Below, in pieces: positions 45,801 through 61,757 of a stretch of DNA of 64,000 nt. The stretch lies in assembly GCA_964016885.1 (NCBI GenBank), contig OZ024743.1, positions 265,546,001-265,610,000 on the forward strand, given 5' to 3'. Numbering within the stretch: position 1 is the first letter of the stretch; the number at the start of each line of letters is the position of its first letter. The stretch is from Eledone cirrhosa (lineage: Eukaryota). Made by a program: the position numbers and the translations under genes. Below the pieces are notes generated by a model. That model did not search any database and had not been told where the DNA came from. It was given only the letters and a program-made list of their open reading frames with translations.

Positions 45801-46450
45801 GAGGGAAATTTTCAATTGTTTATACTTTTGATTATTATCATTATCAATAGTATTTTCCACAATAGTCGAGGTAGACTCGGATGGTACACGTGGTGTAAAA
45901 TTTCTTCGATTATTATTATTATTTCTTCGATTATTATTATTATCGATAGTGTTTTCCCCAGCATTCGAGGTAGACTTAGATGGTACACGTGGCGTCATGT
46001 TCTTACAGGCATAGTTGTTTCAAGGCACTGTTCGACCTGGCTGCTAGGAAGTCTAGTAGCATGGTGACCTGTAGCACGTGTTGTTGATAACATGTTTGTT
46101 GTGGGGTACTTACAATTAATAATATTTATCTTATTCTTACGTTCAACAAACGTCGCTTGTTGGCGTAATTGTTTCGCTATGAAATAATTTAGCTCTGGGT
46201 GCATTTCGTCCCAGTGTAACTTCATTCTTTTCATATAGCCAATGGAGGGATTGTTTTTTGCCATTGTATAACAATTAAATAAATCACCATTAAGTACGCA
46301 ACACCAAGAGAAATGCGATTTATAATTTCGGTTTCTTCTGTAGCTACAACCGAATAAAGTTTGTTTACCTTTCTCGTTGTTTGTCTTCGATACTTCCCTA
46401 TTTTTGTTGTTGACGTTGTGTTCAGCCGTGCTGTTTGTAGCAAATCCTTG
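42810..46450 (-). mobile_element. R4/Dong-type non-LTR retrotransposon with restriction-like endonuclease, degraded
   Basis: GYMKRMKLHW N-terminus; YRPIACHNLMYK; WLDYRKAFDSVPHSW; DIGMEFGQDKC; YRYLGI; RLYLKRKQGGGGL; CTLC..EDITHVISSC..RHD zinc knuckle; RLDIMIWD..VVEIS RLE motif. Confidence 0.88.
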
Positions 46451-47583
46451 TTAAATGAAATATGTATTTAGTCTGATACCTCTACGAATTCGAATAAAAG
46501 GTGTCTTCAGTAGATATAGTTAGAAGAATAACCAGTTATTCAACATGATTGTATTTGTGGCATTACTGTCGGAGATAGTATTCATCTTAAATTTAATAAA
46601 TAGTCTTTCACGCCAAAATATGCGACTGATCGCGTTGACTGTGTTATGTATGTATGTATGTATGTATGTATGTATGTATGTATGTATGCATGTATGTATG
46701 TATGTATGCATGCATGCATGCATGCATGTATGTATGTGTGTATGTATGGATAGATGGTTGCATGTGTATATGTATAAGCATATGGACACGTTCATTACAC
46801 ACGTTCATAAACATGGCATATGTGGACTGTTCTCAGTGCCCAAATCGCCACTGAAATAATTATGAATACCACAAGTAATCATTCCATCCCACTTTCTCTT
46901 GCATACAGAATATAAAATGAATAAATAATATAAAAGTAAATAAACACAACAGAAAGCCATTCCTGTTAAACTATTATGATTTCTAGTAACTTTGTTCATA
47001 TATTTCTTCTTTGATATTATGAAGACAATGGCTGAGGAATGATTTTGTTAAAAGATGAACTGTAGAAGTATATGAGAAACAAGGGATTTATAACAGACAT
47101 TGGTAATTTATAGACGTATAAAAAAAGTTAGTATGTTTACTGCAGTCACGTGTCATTAGGTTTCCTTTGTTTACAGACATTTCTTAGATTTACCAAAATG
47201 TCTATTAATGAGGGTAGACGATTTATTTTCTATTTTCTTTTTTTTCTTCTTCCATTCCTCTCCTCCATATATATATATATATATATATATGAGATAGAGA
47301 GAGAGAGAGATAGAGAGAGTGACAGAGTGAGAGACAGTTTCATAGATAAACAGATCGTTAGTGAGATAACATGTGTGTATAAATCACACACTATGGTATT
47401 TTCCAAGTAATTTATTAATTCGAGGTTAGATTTATTTACGATGCATCGTAGTAAACTCTAAATAAATAAGTGTAAATATACTGTATACACTATCTCACCC
47501 CATATATGATTAGACATAGATATACACGTATACGTACACAGACACACATGCACACAGAAACACCTGTACACACAGAAACACCT

Positions 47584-47696
<113 letters not shown>

Positions 47697-47699
47697 TAC

Positions 47700-47748
<49 letters not shown>

Positions 47749-47751
<3 letters not shown>

Positions 47752-47896
47752 TTTAATATAGAAATGGCTTCTACAATTCTAGAACTGCTTCACTCAAAGG
47801 AGACCATCAGGAAATTAAATTCACTTTTTTGTATACACTACTAATATATTGACTACCCTAATTATTGCGGTTACCCCGATTGAACCCGGAAATATC
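47749..47896. mobile_element. Diverged family D mini-insert: inverted hammerhead segment plus tail
   Basis: 47752-47814 minus strand TTCCTGATGG..GAAGCAGTTCTAG..TGTAGAA; plus-strand tail ends GGTTACCCCGATTGAACCCGGAA. Confidence 0.65.
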
Positions 47897-47984
47897 TCAC
47901 ACTCTCTCACACACCCTCACACACACACATATATATATATGTATATCGGGCGAATTTAGGCTACCTTTTTGCAAAGCTGTCTCA

Positions 47985-48128
47985 GAGTCCCATTTCAATT
48001 CAAACGACTTCAATTCCCAAAGAGTCCTCGGTTTAGTTTTGCCATAACCATCAACAAATCACAAGGACAAATATTTTCGTGTACCGCTTTGCACGTTGGA
48101 GTGCCTTGCTACCTCCATGATCAGCGGA
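47985..48128 (+). mobile_element. Helitron PIF1-like helicase C-terminal fragment
   Basis: VPFQFKRLQFPKSPRFSFAITINKSQGQ..PCYLHDQ matches the R.QFP...FA.TINKSQGQ...FSHGQ motif. Confidence 0.8.
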
Positions 48129-50652
48129 TTTTACTAGACTCGGAGATTTCTTCTGGGGGATATTATTTTCCTTTCTAGTTTTTTTTCCCTTTCTTTTCGA
48201 ACAGACGCCAACGACTCCTTTTGCCATAAACCGAGTCAAAGATATGCACTTCTTAGCCTTTTAAATTTACAGAAAAGCATCCGCGAAGTATCGTGAAGAA
48301 ATGCTTGTTTTCCTAGTTTTTTTTTTCGTGTATTTAAAAAAAATCTGACTCCGACCTTCTTTCCTCAAAAAGGTAATTGTACGGGTGTGGAACTCTCAGA
48401 TTCTTCCATCTGCGGAGGATTCTTCAGTGCAGAGGCCTTTTAATTTATAGAAAAGCAATCCCTTGGTACTGAAGGATATTTTGAGACTTTCTCATTTTGT
48501 ACTGTTGTGGAAAGCACTGTAACCTTAATTAATTAAGTGTTCCTCAATCTCCAGATCCCCCATTCCAATGACGAGTGGCTGTGTGAAAGATCATTCCTTC
48601 TCCTCAAAACATCTTAGTGAAGGCCTTCAACAAAACTCTCAGTGAGAGTCTGTTATGGAATGGTAATTAACAAGTTCCAAGAGTAAACCTCACGGGTTGT
48701 CGGTCTCTATCTAGAAGAGGGCTGTTTCTCACATGGTCCATTGCATGACGGAAGATCCCACAAATACTTCAGATATGCTTCAAATAAAAAAAAAGTTTTA
48801 AACATTGTATATAGTTCTGTAAATGTTTTATATATTTCGTAGAATACATTTTTCTGTTGTTGTTTTTTTAATCTACTTATGTATTTGTAGAAACCATTAT
48901 TTAGATATGTATTTAGATATTCTAAATAAAATTGAACAATTATGTTATGTAATATTTAAATACTTTTTAACATCATATATTCTAATGAAAAGGGACACTC
49001 TGACAGATGATAATAGGTGCCTTATAAATAAATTTGAACGCAGTACGAACCTAGGTGAAAGCATGGAAGCCACTCCCAAGCGTGAACCTAATACCAACAT
49101 TGTTCGTAACTGCACTCCTTGTTATTGTTTTTGTTTTGTACTTTGCCAATATATATATATATAATATATGTATGTATTTTCCGTTGATACGATATATACA
49201 CACGAATAAATTTGATGTCAAACATTAATCGTGATGAGAACAAAAAACACTTCATTAGTACACACGATACAAAACACAAGTATTCCACTGATAGGACATA
49301 TGTAATATTTCTTCAAGTGTCACTAAAACATCACACAAGTTTCTAAATTGAATTAAGCCTCTCAATTTTAGCATCATATCAAATATATAAAAACTTTCCC
49401 ACACACATAGACGAAATATATACAACTTACCCAGTAACTTTGAACACATTTTCAGGACAATTATTGCCAATTAATATACATATCGCTTAGGCATGAGCTA
49501 GTTAGTTAGTAACATGGGTAATACACAATAAGCTAGCTCTATCTTCGATTAAAGAAAGGTTGTTTTCCTAATTTATTTTCCGATTTCCATGGGGGCGTCA
49601 TTATCGTTTATACATCGAATCAAGGTAGATGTATTACAATGATCGATGTTAGGAATAATTCAGCGAATTCTACGTGTGCGGAATATCTAAAATGTGTTAT
49701 ATTACTCCAGTAATTTATTGCCAAAGAAAGAAATTCCCCGTATCGATAGATATGTATTGCTAGATTGACAGAATAAAGATCTAAATTGTTAATGAGCTAT
49801 ACATTATCAAAACCGATCTGTCAACTGTATATATGGGTTAGTGGGTAGATAGCCTAAACCTGGCCGTGCGCCGTATTAGAAATATGAAATAGATTTCATC
49901 TAAAAAAAAAATACAAAAAAACGGAAAGCAAGAGAACTTCTATTGTCTTCATTCTGCGCAGTAAGGTTTGATCCGTGCTAAGCAACAACACAAGTTATTA
50001 ATTATTTAAACAATGACTATATGATAAAATGATCGCTTTTAAAACATCAGTTACTTGGTTCGATACAACAGAACAGCGTTTTTGTCAAATTATTTTTACA
50101 TAGCTTCGGGTCAATGTTAACATTTTGTGATAAATGGAGAACCTGGAAAATTAACGTAACGTAGTTCGTTGGATTTGTACTTCAACGGTTCTCACATCAA
50201 TTAATCGAGGATTTACGTCGTTGGTTTATGTTTCTGTGGAATAGTAAAAAATATACATTTTAATTCAATGAATACGTTGTTCAGTTGATCGAACAACAAA
50301 ATACACATCGTTCAAACAGATGGAGAATATTTTATTCGAATTTAGATGTTTAATGAGAAGGTGAATCCTGGAGTCAGGCTCAGGGTACAATCGAAGTGAC
50401 GAGGCCCGACTCGTTTTTGACTTCTCATCAGATATGCAAGCTTACATGAGGAAACACATATCTAAAATTGGAATATGCAAATAAAGTTTGCACATATGAT
50501 GCAACATTGACTTCGATTCTTTAAATCTATTTACACTCTACACACTACAGCCGTAACATTGGAATAAAACCTAAACGAAACGGACCGCGTAACAGTATTG
50601 AATGCTTCGATCCGCGAGGCGCTTGCAATTGTTGTTACATAGTTAACTAACA

Positions 50653-50830
<178 letters not shown>

Positions 50831-51482
50831 CATAAAAGACACAAACACAAAATCAATTATATCAAGAGGGTTAGTTTCTCCATTCACCAGTATTTTCTAA
50901 ATATAGCCTAAATCATTTATTTTGACCAATATTGTTTCATTCCTATATACTATATAACAAGCGGATGAAAACAAAACCTCGTAAAACATTAATTACCGAA
51001 TATATTATGTATACAGTCTTCAATATATCCCCAAAAAAATTGTCAGTGTAAGAATTTGTATATTTCGCATGACAAGTAAGCGTGACAAGCCAGCATTGGG
51101 AATTTATGAATATATTTTGAGGTTTTCTTTGGAGAATATCAAATATTAAAACTTCATTTCACTGTACATATCAAAATTGTCATTAGCATCTACATGGACA
51201 TTTTATAGGGTTTCCACTGTCTATCTATTTTCCTCCCTCTCTCCCTCTATCTCCCAATCTCGCTCTCTCCCTCTATCTCTCACAATCCCTCCCTCTCTAT
51301 CCCTAACCCTCTCATTTTCATCGTCTCTTCATAAATGTATTTGACATGAATTATTCCTTGCTAAAACTTTTTAATGGCCACACTTGTGTATATTACCACA
51401 CACACACACAACATACATACGCACACTCACACATACACAACACACACACACACAACATACATACGCACACTCACACATACAC

Positions 51483-51600
<118 letters not shown>

Positions 51601-53492
51601 GACACACATACCCACACAGGCATATACAGACAAGTGAAGCGGCTAACCTGAGACTGAAATTGTTGCCTCAATTCTACTAAGAATATTTACCAATTGCAGG
51701 CATTAAATGCTCATTCAGTGAATATTAGAATGTTTTAAGTCCTATAATCCTAACCCTAATCCTATAAAAATAGAAAGCGGTATTAAACGGGGAGACCTTC
51801 TTGAACCAACTTTGTTTTGTATCTTCTCTCCTGCTTTTATTGAAGCCTTCAAGAACTGTAACCAAGTTGTGCTTGTACGATATCGCAGTACAGGCAAGAT
51901 CTTATACACACCTCCCTTTGCTGCTAAATAAAAAGTATTTCTAGCTCTTATACACGATCTTCTCCATGCTGATAACTGTGACCTGTTATCACACATTTGC
52001 CGATATATGCAGTTCTGCATGTATTTATCAAATATCTGAGTTTCTCCCTATTTCAAGTTCCCATTCAAAATGTAATAATCAATTCAGAAATTTTAGTTGT
52101 CTCCATTGTTTTTCTCATAAATATTTATCATTAACACTAATGAGTTTTCTCATATTTAAGGCTGCCATTGTATTTAATCTCAATTATCATTTTTGCTCAA
52201 TAAGTATGAACGGTAGAACTTAGAATAAACAGTAGCATATATTCTATTCAGACATGTTTAGGAAATGACATAAAAAAACACTTATCGTTAGAAAAAAACG
52301 TTCATCGAGATATTGTATCTACGCTCTCAAACTTTGCCACGCAGGTGTGACAATGAATTTCATTTTTATTTTTGTAGGGTCACTAGTGTAAGTATAAGTT
52401 CAGTGCTCAATTCACTCGATTGTTCTCTTTTCCCACATATGTGTGACCTTTAACCGAAATCTAAAATCGTCTGTAATCGTGATTGCGACATTTTGAACGG
52501 CATAAAATTCCACATTTTCTGAGAACTAATAAGATAATATTCACAAGATTGCTCGGTCTGCTAAAAAAATATCGATGAAATTTCCTAAACATCATACACA
52601 ATGTTAAAGTAAATAATTCACAGTAAATAATGTACTTACTTGGAAAAGAAACAAAACTACGATGGTAAAACTATGATATGGAATGTACTTCATTCCCTGC
52701 TCTTTTTAATTGAAGTCCTATCTTGGGAAACTAATAATATACCAATCTCTAGCAGTGTACTGGCAACATTTTCATTGTGTCGGACAGGTTTGCAATTTTG
52801 TTCCGGCTTTCGCATTCAATTTTTAAAAAATCGTTATGTCATTATTGGTGGCAGATTGAATAAATGACCCGGTCTAACTATAGTGCCTGTACTAAGTATT
52901 TGAGACAGATCTTGTATTTTAGGACACTACCATTTAAACTATGTTTGAATATCCTTAAAACACTAAAGGGTCATGTATGCTGAACTCCTTTCTGATTTCT
53001 TTACAAAAGATATACCTGCTGTCTGTAAATGTTACAGTTAGTCCCGAGTTAGTCACAACTCTTTTGAATCATTGTGATTTCTGGACAAAAATCTCAGCTC
53101 TAAACAAAACAAACAAAAAAAAATAATAAATGTAATATTCCATGAGATATTTCAAATAAAATTTGCCGTGTGAATTATGTAAGGTTGATAAATCACGCAT
53201 TGCAATGATTATACGGTATATGAAATTTACCATTTAGCTGGAGGTCAATTAAAAAGGAAAAACAAAACGTAATTAATAATTGTATTATAGGCATAGAGTT
53301 AAGGGTTTTTTCCTGGTAGTTAAATACTTACCACAGGGCAAGTTAGAAATACACTTTTCATTAGCCGTCTCATTCGCAGTATATATATATGTAGATTATT
53401 AACTATTAATACCATTAATATGTCGCAAAATAACAACTAGGATTTTAATTTTATTCAAATTTATCCAACACACAGAATAATTAATGGTGATT

Positions 53493-53870
53493 ATTTCTTC
53501 TTCTTCTTCTTCTTCTTTTTCTTCTTTTTCTTCTTTTTCTTCTTTTTCTTCTTCTTCTTCTTCTTCTTCTTCTTCTTGGGGGTAGAGTCTTAAATACTCC
53601 CTCTAACAGGTCCTCTCAGAAGCAACTGTCTCCAATGGATCCGGCTGGATCCACAAGCGTCACCAGCCAAGCTCGTAGATGTTATCCAACCATCTTGCTC
53701 GGGGTCTTCTCCTGGGTCTCTTACCTGCTGGTTTTGCCCGTACAATCTGTCTAGTGGTGCTTTTCTGAGAAATTCTAAAAACATGCTGTGATCTCTCAAT
53801 TCGGGGAAGTAGCGGCTCTACCTGGAGTGACTCTCCGCTCTCCGAGTTACGCACTTTATCCAGTAAAGTT
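53493..53870 (-). mobile_element. RTE-clade LINE 3' end with (GAA)n tail
   Basis: LQVEPLLPRIERSQ and AKPAGKRPRRRPRARWLDNIYELGW; (TTC)n at 53493-53577 lies at the 3' end. Confidence 0.8.
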
Positions 53871-54485
53871 ACTCCAAAGACGCTTCAGCGGAATCCTATT
53901 TCTCTTTTTATATTTAGTTATGAGTAATTTGCTAGAAGCATTATATCAAATAAACAACAGCTTTATTACAATGTTAAGTTGTATTACATCTGCTTTTGTT
54001 TGAAGCTGTTTAAAACATTATATAGTCAAATATGCTGACAGTTCTATACTATGATACTGACACGTCTAGTCAGACGCCTACCATACATTTAATTTACTAC
54101 CCCGCTATACTCGCTGACATCAAGTATTAAAACATTTCTCACAAATAGAAATATATTCACAAGTAAACCCATGACCGTATATATTTAAATTAACAGGCAC
54201 GTATACATTTGTCGTAATATATACTTTGTATCTATGTCGACACGCACGTACATACACATATACATGCATATACACACACAGCGACACACATACACCCACC
54301 CACACACACACATACATACAAACACACACACACACACACACAAATATATATATATATATAATACAAATCATACAAAGGACGATTTCTTACGTCTTCATTA
54401 CGTTTATTGAGTAGTGACGCGCGTTTTGTTATTGATCAGCTCAAGGTTCGATATGTAACTGGACATTACAGTCCACATATATACA

Positions 54486-54547
<62 letters not shown>

Positions 54548-54549
54548 AA

Positions 54550-54680
54550 TGATACTATTTATAGTTATGTATATACTATAAACAACTATAAACAGGAAAG
54601 GTCAGTAGTTTCCTACTACCTTATTACCAGTAAGAGAAATAGCTCAATGTTTCATCAGGTGTTTTACAGAGCAGGAATAT
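54550..54680 (-). mobile_element. Family A-related PLE terminus
   Basis: CTTATTACCAGTAAGAGAAATAGCTCAATGTTTCATCAGGTGTTTTACAGAGCAG parallels 10718-10775. Confidence 0.65.
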
Positions 54681-54977
54681 AAAAACACTTTGATAATTGT
54701 GTAATTTATATATATATATATATATATTGACATGCATGATCGCGTTATATATCGATCTTTTTTAAATATAAGCTCCTAAAATGGACGATCAGTGAGGTGT
54801 GAGTTAGTGTATGAGTTACTTTTAGTGTTATCACTTACTACTTTCATCCTATCGAACGTTATAATTTAATTTTAATTCTACACGTGGGCTAAAATATGAC
54901 TGACCTCTCATTCTTTGAAAACTAATAGCTGTTATATAAATGTAACAATGCGCACGTGCACACCCACACACAAATAC

Positions 54978-55041
<64 letters not shown>

Positions 55042-55391
55042 GTACGTATGGATTATATTGAACATTAATAATAATCTTCGATTCGTTTGTAAAGAACGGC
55101 CCGATTTGAGGCTCTGCCGTACCGGCGATCGATCGTCACAATCAACATGTTTCTGGACAATCACACTTCATCAACGCTGTATACGTCTGCCAGTCTGTTG
55201 AACGGTTCAAGATATATAGTATTTTTTTAAGTACACATCGGCTGAGTTGTCTCCTTTGCATACTAAGCGAGTTACGGCTGGCCTTGTCGAATATTTACAA
55301 TAAAATTAGAATTTTATTTCTCACCATAGCACACCTGTATATAAGTATGCACACGTACACACACACACACACACACGCACACACACACACG

Positions 55392-55453
<62 letters not shown>

Positions 55454-55501
55454 GTGTGTGTGTGTGTAAGATTATTACTAATGTTCAATATAAGCCATAC
55501 C

Positions 55502-55538
<37 letters not shown>

Positions 55539-55591
55539 GTATACGTGTGTCTGCGTATGTGTGTACGTGCGCATACTTACATACATATACG

Positions 55592-55661
<70 letters not shown>

Positions 55662-56203
55662 CACATATTTACATATGTACGTATGGGTTATATCGAACAT
55701 TAACAAAAATGTTCGATTCGTTTGTAAACAGACGGCCCAATTTTAAGCTGTGCTGTGCCGGTGACCGATAGTCACATGTTCATTGTTCCTCAAACCCAGT
55801 GTTGAACAAACATGTGAAGATCGGATGATGTTATTGAGGTTTATATTACGGTTCCATAGTAAGTTTGGTGTGAAGTGACGAGGAACCATGGCGATAATTG
55901 AAGAAAGTTAGAAAAAATTAAAGGTGGTATCATCTGTAGGGATGTTGATCTAGCTGTATGTGACAGCAACCAGAAGAGAACTCCCCATCAACGCTGCATT
56001 CTGCGACTGACTCCAATATAGAAGATAAAAGAACTAGATTCTGTAAAAGTCATTAATTTAGTAAAATTCATTAATTTATTATATTGAAATACACTAGCTC
56101 CACTATATCTTTTAAATATTGTATACTATATTGATGTTCTTTCCGATTTGAACGGAAACATTCACATACACATAGGCACTCACATACACACAGGCACTCA
56201 AAT

Positions 56204-56236
<33 letters not shown>

Positions 56237-56342
56237 CACACACATTCATATATATATACATACACTCACAGATATATATATATAAATATGTATATATACT
56301 CACATACATGTATATGTGTGTATGTATATACGAATGTGCGAG

Positions 56343-56749
<407 letters not shown>

Positions 56750-56759
56750 ACATATAGAT

Positions 56760-56987
56760 ATTTAGACTGAGGTTAGCTGGACATGGTCACCGACATCCAG
56801 AGTTGACATTGCACTCAGTTCTCCTGTGGGAGCCCCTACATGGACACACTGGAAGAGGAAGGCCAAAGTTAACGTATGTTGATACCCTAAGGACATACAC
56901 TGGTCTGTTGGAGACGCAGGACATGGCAGCGATAATGAGTGACCGAGACCGCTGGAGAGAACTCGTCCATGGAATGTTACCCTCCCT
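56760..56987 (+). mobile_element. RTE-group LINE extreme 3' end
   Basis: RLRLAGHGHRHPEL..VLLWEPLHG..GRGRPKLTYVDTL...MSDRDRWRELV. Confidence 0.8.
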
Positions 56988-57002
56988 ATATATATATATA
57001 TA

Positions 57003-57162
57003 TAACGAAGGAAATGTGGTAAGGAAACAGGTGGACCATAACGCATCAAAGTACTCAATACTTAGGGTAGTAGAGTGGGTAATAGGAACATGTAGGACAC
57101 CGACGGCTGTGCTCAAGCCGTTTCGAAACGGCTTGAGCTCAGCCGTCGGGGTCCTACTCGTT

Positions 57163-57166
<4 letters not shown>
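57003..57166 (-). mobile_element. Family C mini-copy: tail plus 84-bp fold-back hairpin
   Basis: 57003-57125 matches 24649-24770 in reverse complement; 57083-57166 is an imperfect palindrome centred on TTTC|GAAA. Confidence 0.85.
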
Positions 57167-57199
<33 letters not shown>

Positions 57200-58057
57200 T
57201 ATTGGCAACATGACCCTCCCAAAGTATAACAATACACATATATATATATATATATATATGGTTGTATGTATACACGAATGTGCGAGTATATATATATATA
57301 TATAGGTTCGAAACAGTTCAGTATATCAATAGCAAATGCAGTAACATTACACACTTATTCCATAGATAACTTGCTTATTTAAGAAGTGTACATTGTAATT
57401 ATAAATATATTATAGTAAATATAAGATATGTTATCTTAATTTTGAGCTTCATACAATTATATTGTATCATTTGGAAGTAGGAAATGTAATATTTATATTC
57501 ATGAAAATGTACATATATGCCTTATAATATGTATGTATATAACCATGTAGTAATTTGATAAAGGTTTTCATAGTTGAAAAGAAATTTATACATCAAAATG
57601 CAACGTTCTATATGCAAAGAAATGAATTTTTAATAAAAATAAAGAACAGCATTTTAAAAATAATAGCAATGTGACTCAGTCCAAGGCAGCCGTTAAAATT
57701 ACAATGACATCAAAATATTACAATATTGGTAACGGTTAAATACTGGGATGGGGAGTCTTCTGAATAAAATGTAGTTTTAATATATGTTATGTATTGAGTT
57801 CCAATATTTCAATTAACTGAGATTATCATAGAAAATTGTAGGAATAAACGAACTTCTAATATTTCAGTTGTCCGACAATTTTGGAGAATATGCACAATGT
57901 AATTCACAGTTAATTAAGTTGAAAGTATTTGGGAGATCTCTTGGGCAAAGAGCTGTTATAGTTATCCACACATATAAACTCCCTCCCTCAACATCATTAG
58001 CAGCATATATATATACATAGGGAGAGAGAGAGGGATAGAGAGATTCGTTGTGGTGCT

Positions 58058-58199
<142 letters not shown>

Positions 58200-58204
58200 T
58201 TTGT

Positions 58205-59080
58205 GGCGTAAAAAAGCTCGTCTCTTACACTTCCAGTTGGCAAACCGCGGGCAACAGGCATCTACTCACGCAATCTTCGTCGATTACCGGCCGTGGCGAA
58301 GAACGTGGAACAACTTATCCGAAACCTCCTCTTTGCTGACGATGCTGATCTTGTTTTCCACACAGAAAGAGCCTTACCGAGCATCATCTCCTGCTTCGCA
58401 GATTCGACCCAGCTATTTGGGGCGGAAGTCAACTTAAATGGGACGGGTCTACTCAACCATCCAGCACCTCACGAAGAGTACCACCACCCCCATATTACCA
58501 TTGGTGAGACTGAAATAAAACAGTCCATCGGTTCACCTACTTGTGGTACACCATCACATCAGATGCAAAGATCGACAAAGAAATGGGCTACAGACTGGCA
58601 AAGGCAAGAAATGCCTTTGCCTGACTGTATAAACGCGTGTGGAACAATAACCACCTGAAAAAGTATGCCAAGATCAAGATGTATAGAGCCAAGTATTTAC
58701 AACCTTCATATATGACACAGAGTCATGTGTTACTTATTGTCACCACCTACGTCTCCTCGACCGCTTCCACTTGCTTGCTTCCGCATAATTCTCAAATCCC
58801 ATGGAGTGACTTTGTCACCAATGTTGAAGTTCTTGAACGGGCAGACGTCACCAGAATCTAACACATGCTATTTAAGTCCCAACTAGTTCTCCAGCATGAA
58901 TGATCATCACCTGTCCCAAATCATGCTGAACGGCGAACCCTCCAGTGGACTTCGCCATAGTGTAGCCAAAGAAGCAATATAAAGACTGTTTGAAAAAATC
59001 CCTTTGTGCCTGTCGCATCGACCATCGTCGGTGGTGCATCCTCTACATAATCTTCGTTTGAAAAGCCAAAACGTGACGAT
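58205..59080 (+). mobile_element. RTE (BovB-like) LINE RT C-terminal remnant
   Basis: EQLIRNLLFADDADLVFHTE..CFADSTQLFG, VWNNNHLK..KIKMYRA, IPWSDFVTNVEVLERA; frameshifted. Confidence 0.88.
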
Positions 59081-59186
59081 GTTGATATATATATATATAT
59101 ATTGATAGATGCACGCACACAAGCACACGCACACACACACATACACACATACACACACATACATACACACGCACACCCTCTCTTTG

Positions 59187-59221
<35 letters not shown>

Positions 59222-59223
59222 AA

Positions 59224-59250
<27 letters not shown>

Positions 59251-59255
<5 letters not shown>

Positions 59256-59364
59256 ATAAATAACAAAGAACGCCTATAGCATATGCATATCTTTACTTGC
59301 TAACATTAATGTTAGCAAGTAAAGATATGCATATGCTATAGGCGTTCTTTGTTATTTATTATAT
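59251..59364. repeat. 114-bp perfect loopless palindrome abutting (TA)n
   Basis: Centre TAACATT|AATGTTA at 59307/59308; no mismatch seen. Confidence 0.92.
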
Positions 59365-59467
59365 CACGGCTCTGTCCTCAGACATTGAGCTAACCTTATA
59401 CTGCCTGCTGGATAAGTGGAGTGTTATACACCCCTGATCCTCTCCCTAGTATACATATATATATATA

Positions 59468-59785
<318 letters not shown>

Positions 59786-61253
59786 ATCAATGCCTACAAT
59801 GTTATATCCTTTCATTTTATATATTAAGGACATCATCTACCTTTGTCTTTTATATACTCATTGTCTATTATATATGAAATCCGTGGTATTTGAACGAGAT
59901 TTAGTATATGTTTCTTATAGTTCAGTGGCGATTATTAGAATCTGATTAGTTGTAAGAATCTTAGAATGCAAGATGGAATATTTGATGTTTCGACTTTCTA
60001 GGAGCTGATTTTAAATACGGTTAATCGCAACTTTCCCTTTCATCACATTGGATTCGTTGAATATGGCGCATCTTGAGTACTGGAGTTGATTCCTACTTAT
60101 TCTCTCCCTCCCTCCTTTTAGCTATCTGTCTATCTATCGATTAATTTGTCTGTCTACATATCTGTTAATCTCTCTATCTTTCTATCTATCTGTCGGTCTG
60201 TTTGTCTGTGTACTTATCTTTCTATCAATCTGTCAACCTGTCTATTTATCTATTTATCCTCCTTAAGGCAATTGGTTCCAGTCAGACCTAGGTGAGCTGG
60301 GCTCCGCCGAGTTAAATATACGCTGTATGAAACGTCGGTGTTACACCGACTCTATCAAAAGTAGAAGGGGGGGGGGTATGTGGATTGTTAGTAAATGTAG
60401 CGATAACAAAGCAACTGCCTTTACTTCTAATAAACAACATATAACATGTTTAGAACTTAACGCTTGAGTGGTTAAAAATACTGACATTTTGTGACTGATT
60501 AAATTAAAAAGAATTTCAGATTTGATTCCAATGGGCATTTGAAGCGGCCATTCTAGAGAAATAAAATTGTTTTGAATTGGCTGACGTTCTAGATTTTTAA
60601 GGAAAAAGAGAGATAACATATTTGTTATATCTTAATAACATTAACATATATATATGTATTTTGTGCGATGATTTTCTTTAAAAACCTAATCCTGTATATA
60701 TATACATTTTAGATGCTGATTCATGAATAAGCAAAGATGTTACTATGAGTTGATTTAACTTTTTGCAAAATTATAATTCTTACTTGCCAACAAATCACTT
60801 CTCGTAATTTCTTACTTTATGCTTTGTAAGTAATGACAGACATTACATGCTAACATGTGTTAAAGCTTATGTGGTTGTATGTATATGTGAATCTGACTTG
60901 CAGATCGTTTCAGAAGTAAATAGTTCAGAGTGATTTTTGCGGTCAAAGAGATTGAAATAAAATCAATTTTGGTTAACATTTTAGTGTGTCGATAAAACTG
61001 TGTATTATGTTTTGTGCCCGAGCATGCTATTTATAATCGGAATAAAGAGCTCAAATAACGTGTATCACAGTGATATACAGGTATATTTATGATGGTTTGT
61101 TTGAATACTTTTATCAACGAACAAAGCTAGATCATTCTGATTAATATAAACAAGGTAACAAAAAGATTGAACCCACATTCAAACGGACTAGTTTTCTCTT
61201 TCTCTTTTCCTCATCCCCCCCCCCAAAAAAAAACAACAACACCCACACACAAC

Positions 61254-61359
<106 letters not shown>

Positions 61360-61722
61360 AAATATAAAGGGTATTAAAATTGAACAGTTGAATAGATTTT
61401 AAACCCTTCGTTGAAGCTTTTCCATACATTTGCGTAAACAATACAATACGCCAGTATTAAAAACTCTCCTTTCTGGTGATAAGGTCGATGTCCTAGAACG
61501 TAAATGGTTTCAGGAACGCTAATGTTCCGCACTAATATGGAAATATGAAAAATCCAACACTAAAAATGATTAAGCACGAACAGAGTCGTGCCTTTTAATG
61601 TTAAAAAAAACAAAACTGAATGCTATATACTCGTGCACACATACGCATACACACACACATACATACACACATACATACACCCATACACATACACACACAT
61701 ACACACACACGCACACACACAC

Positions 61723-61757
<35 letters not shown>

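Noticed and set aside
46478-46515. Minus-strand CTGAAGA...CGAATTCGTAGA
   Set aside because: GAAA is broken and stem II is unpaired; too degenerate to call
51742-52020. ORF containing GVYKI, and nearby CCCTAA-like units
   Set aside because: No YIG or other endonuclease motif; too few telomere-like units
60325-60352. GAAACGTC followed by hairpin GTCGGTGTTACACCGAC
   Set aside because: No upstream core; a short hairpin could be chance
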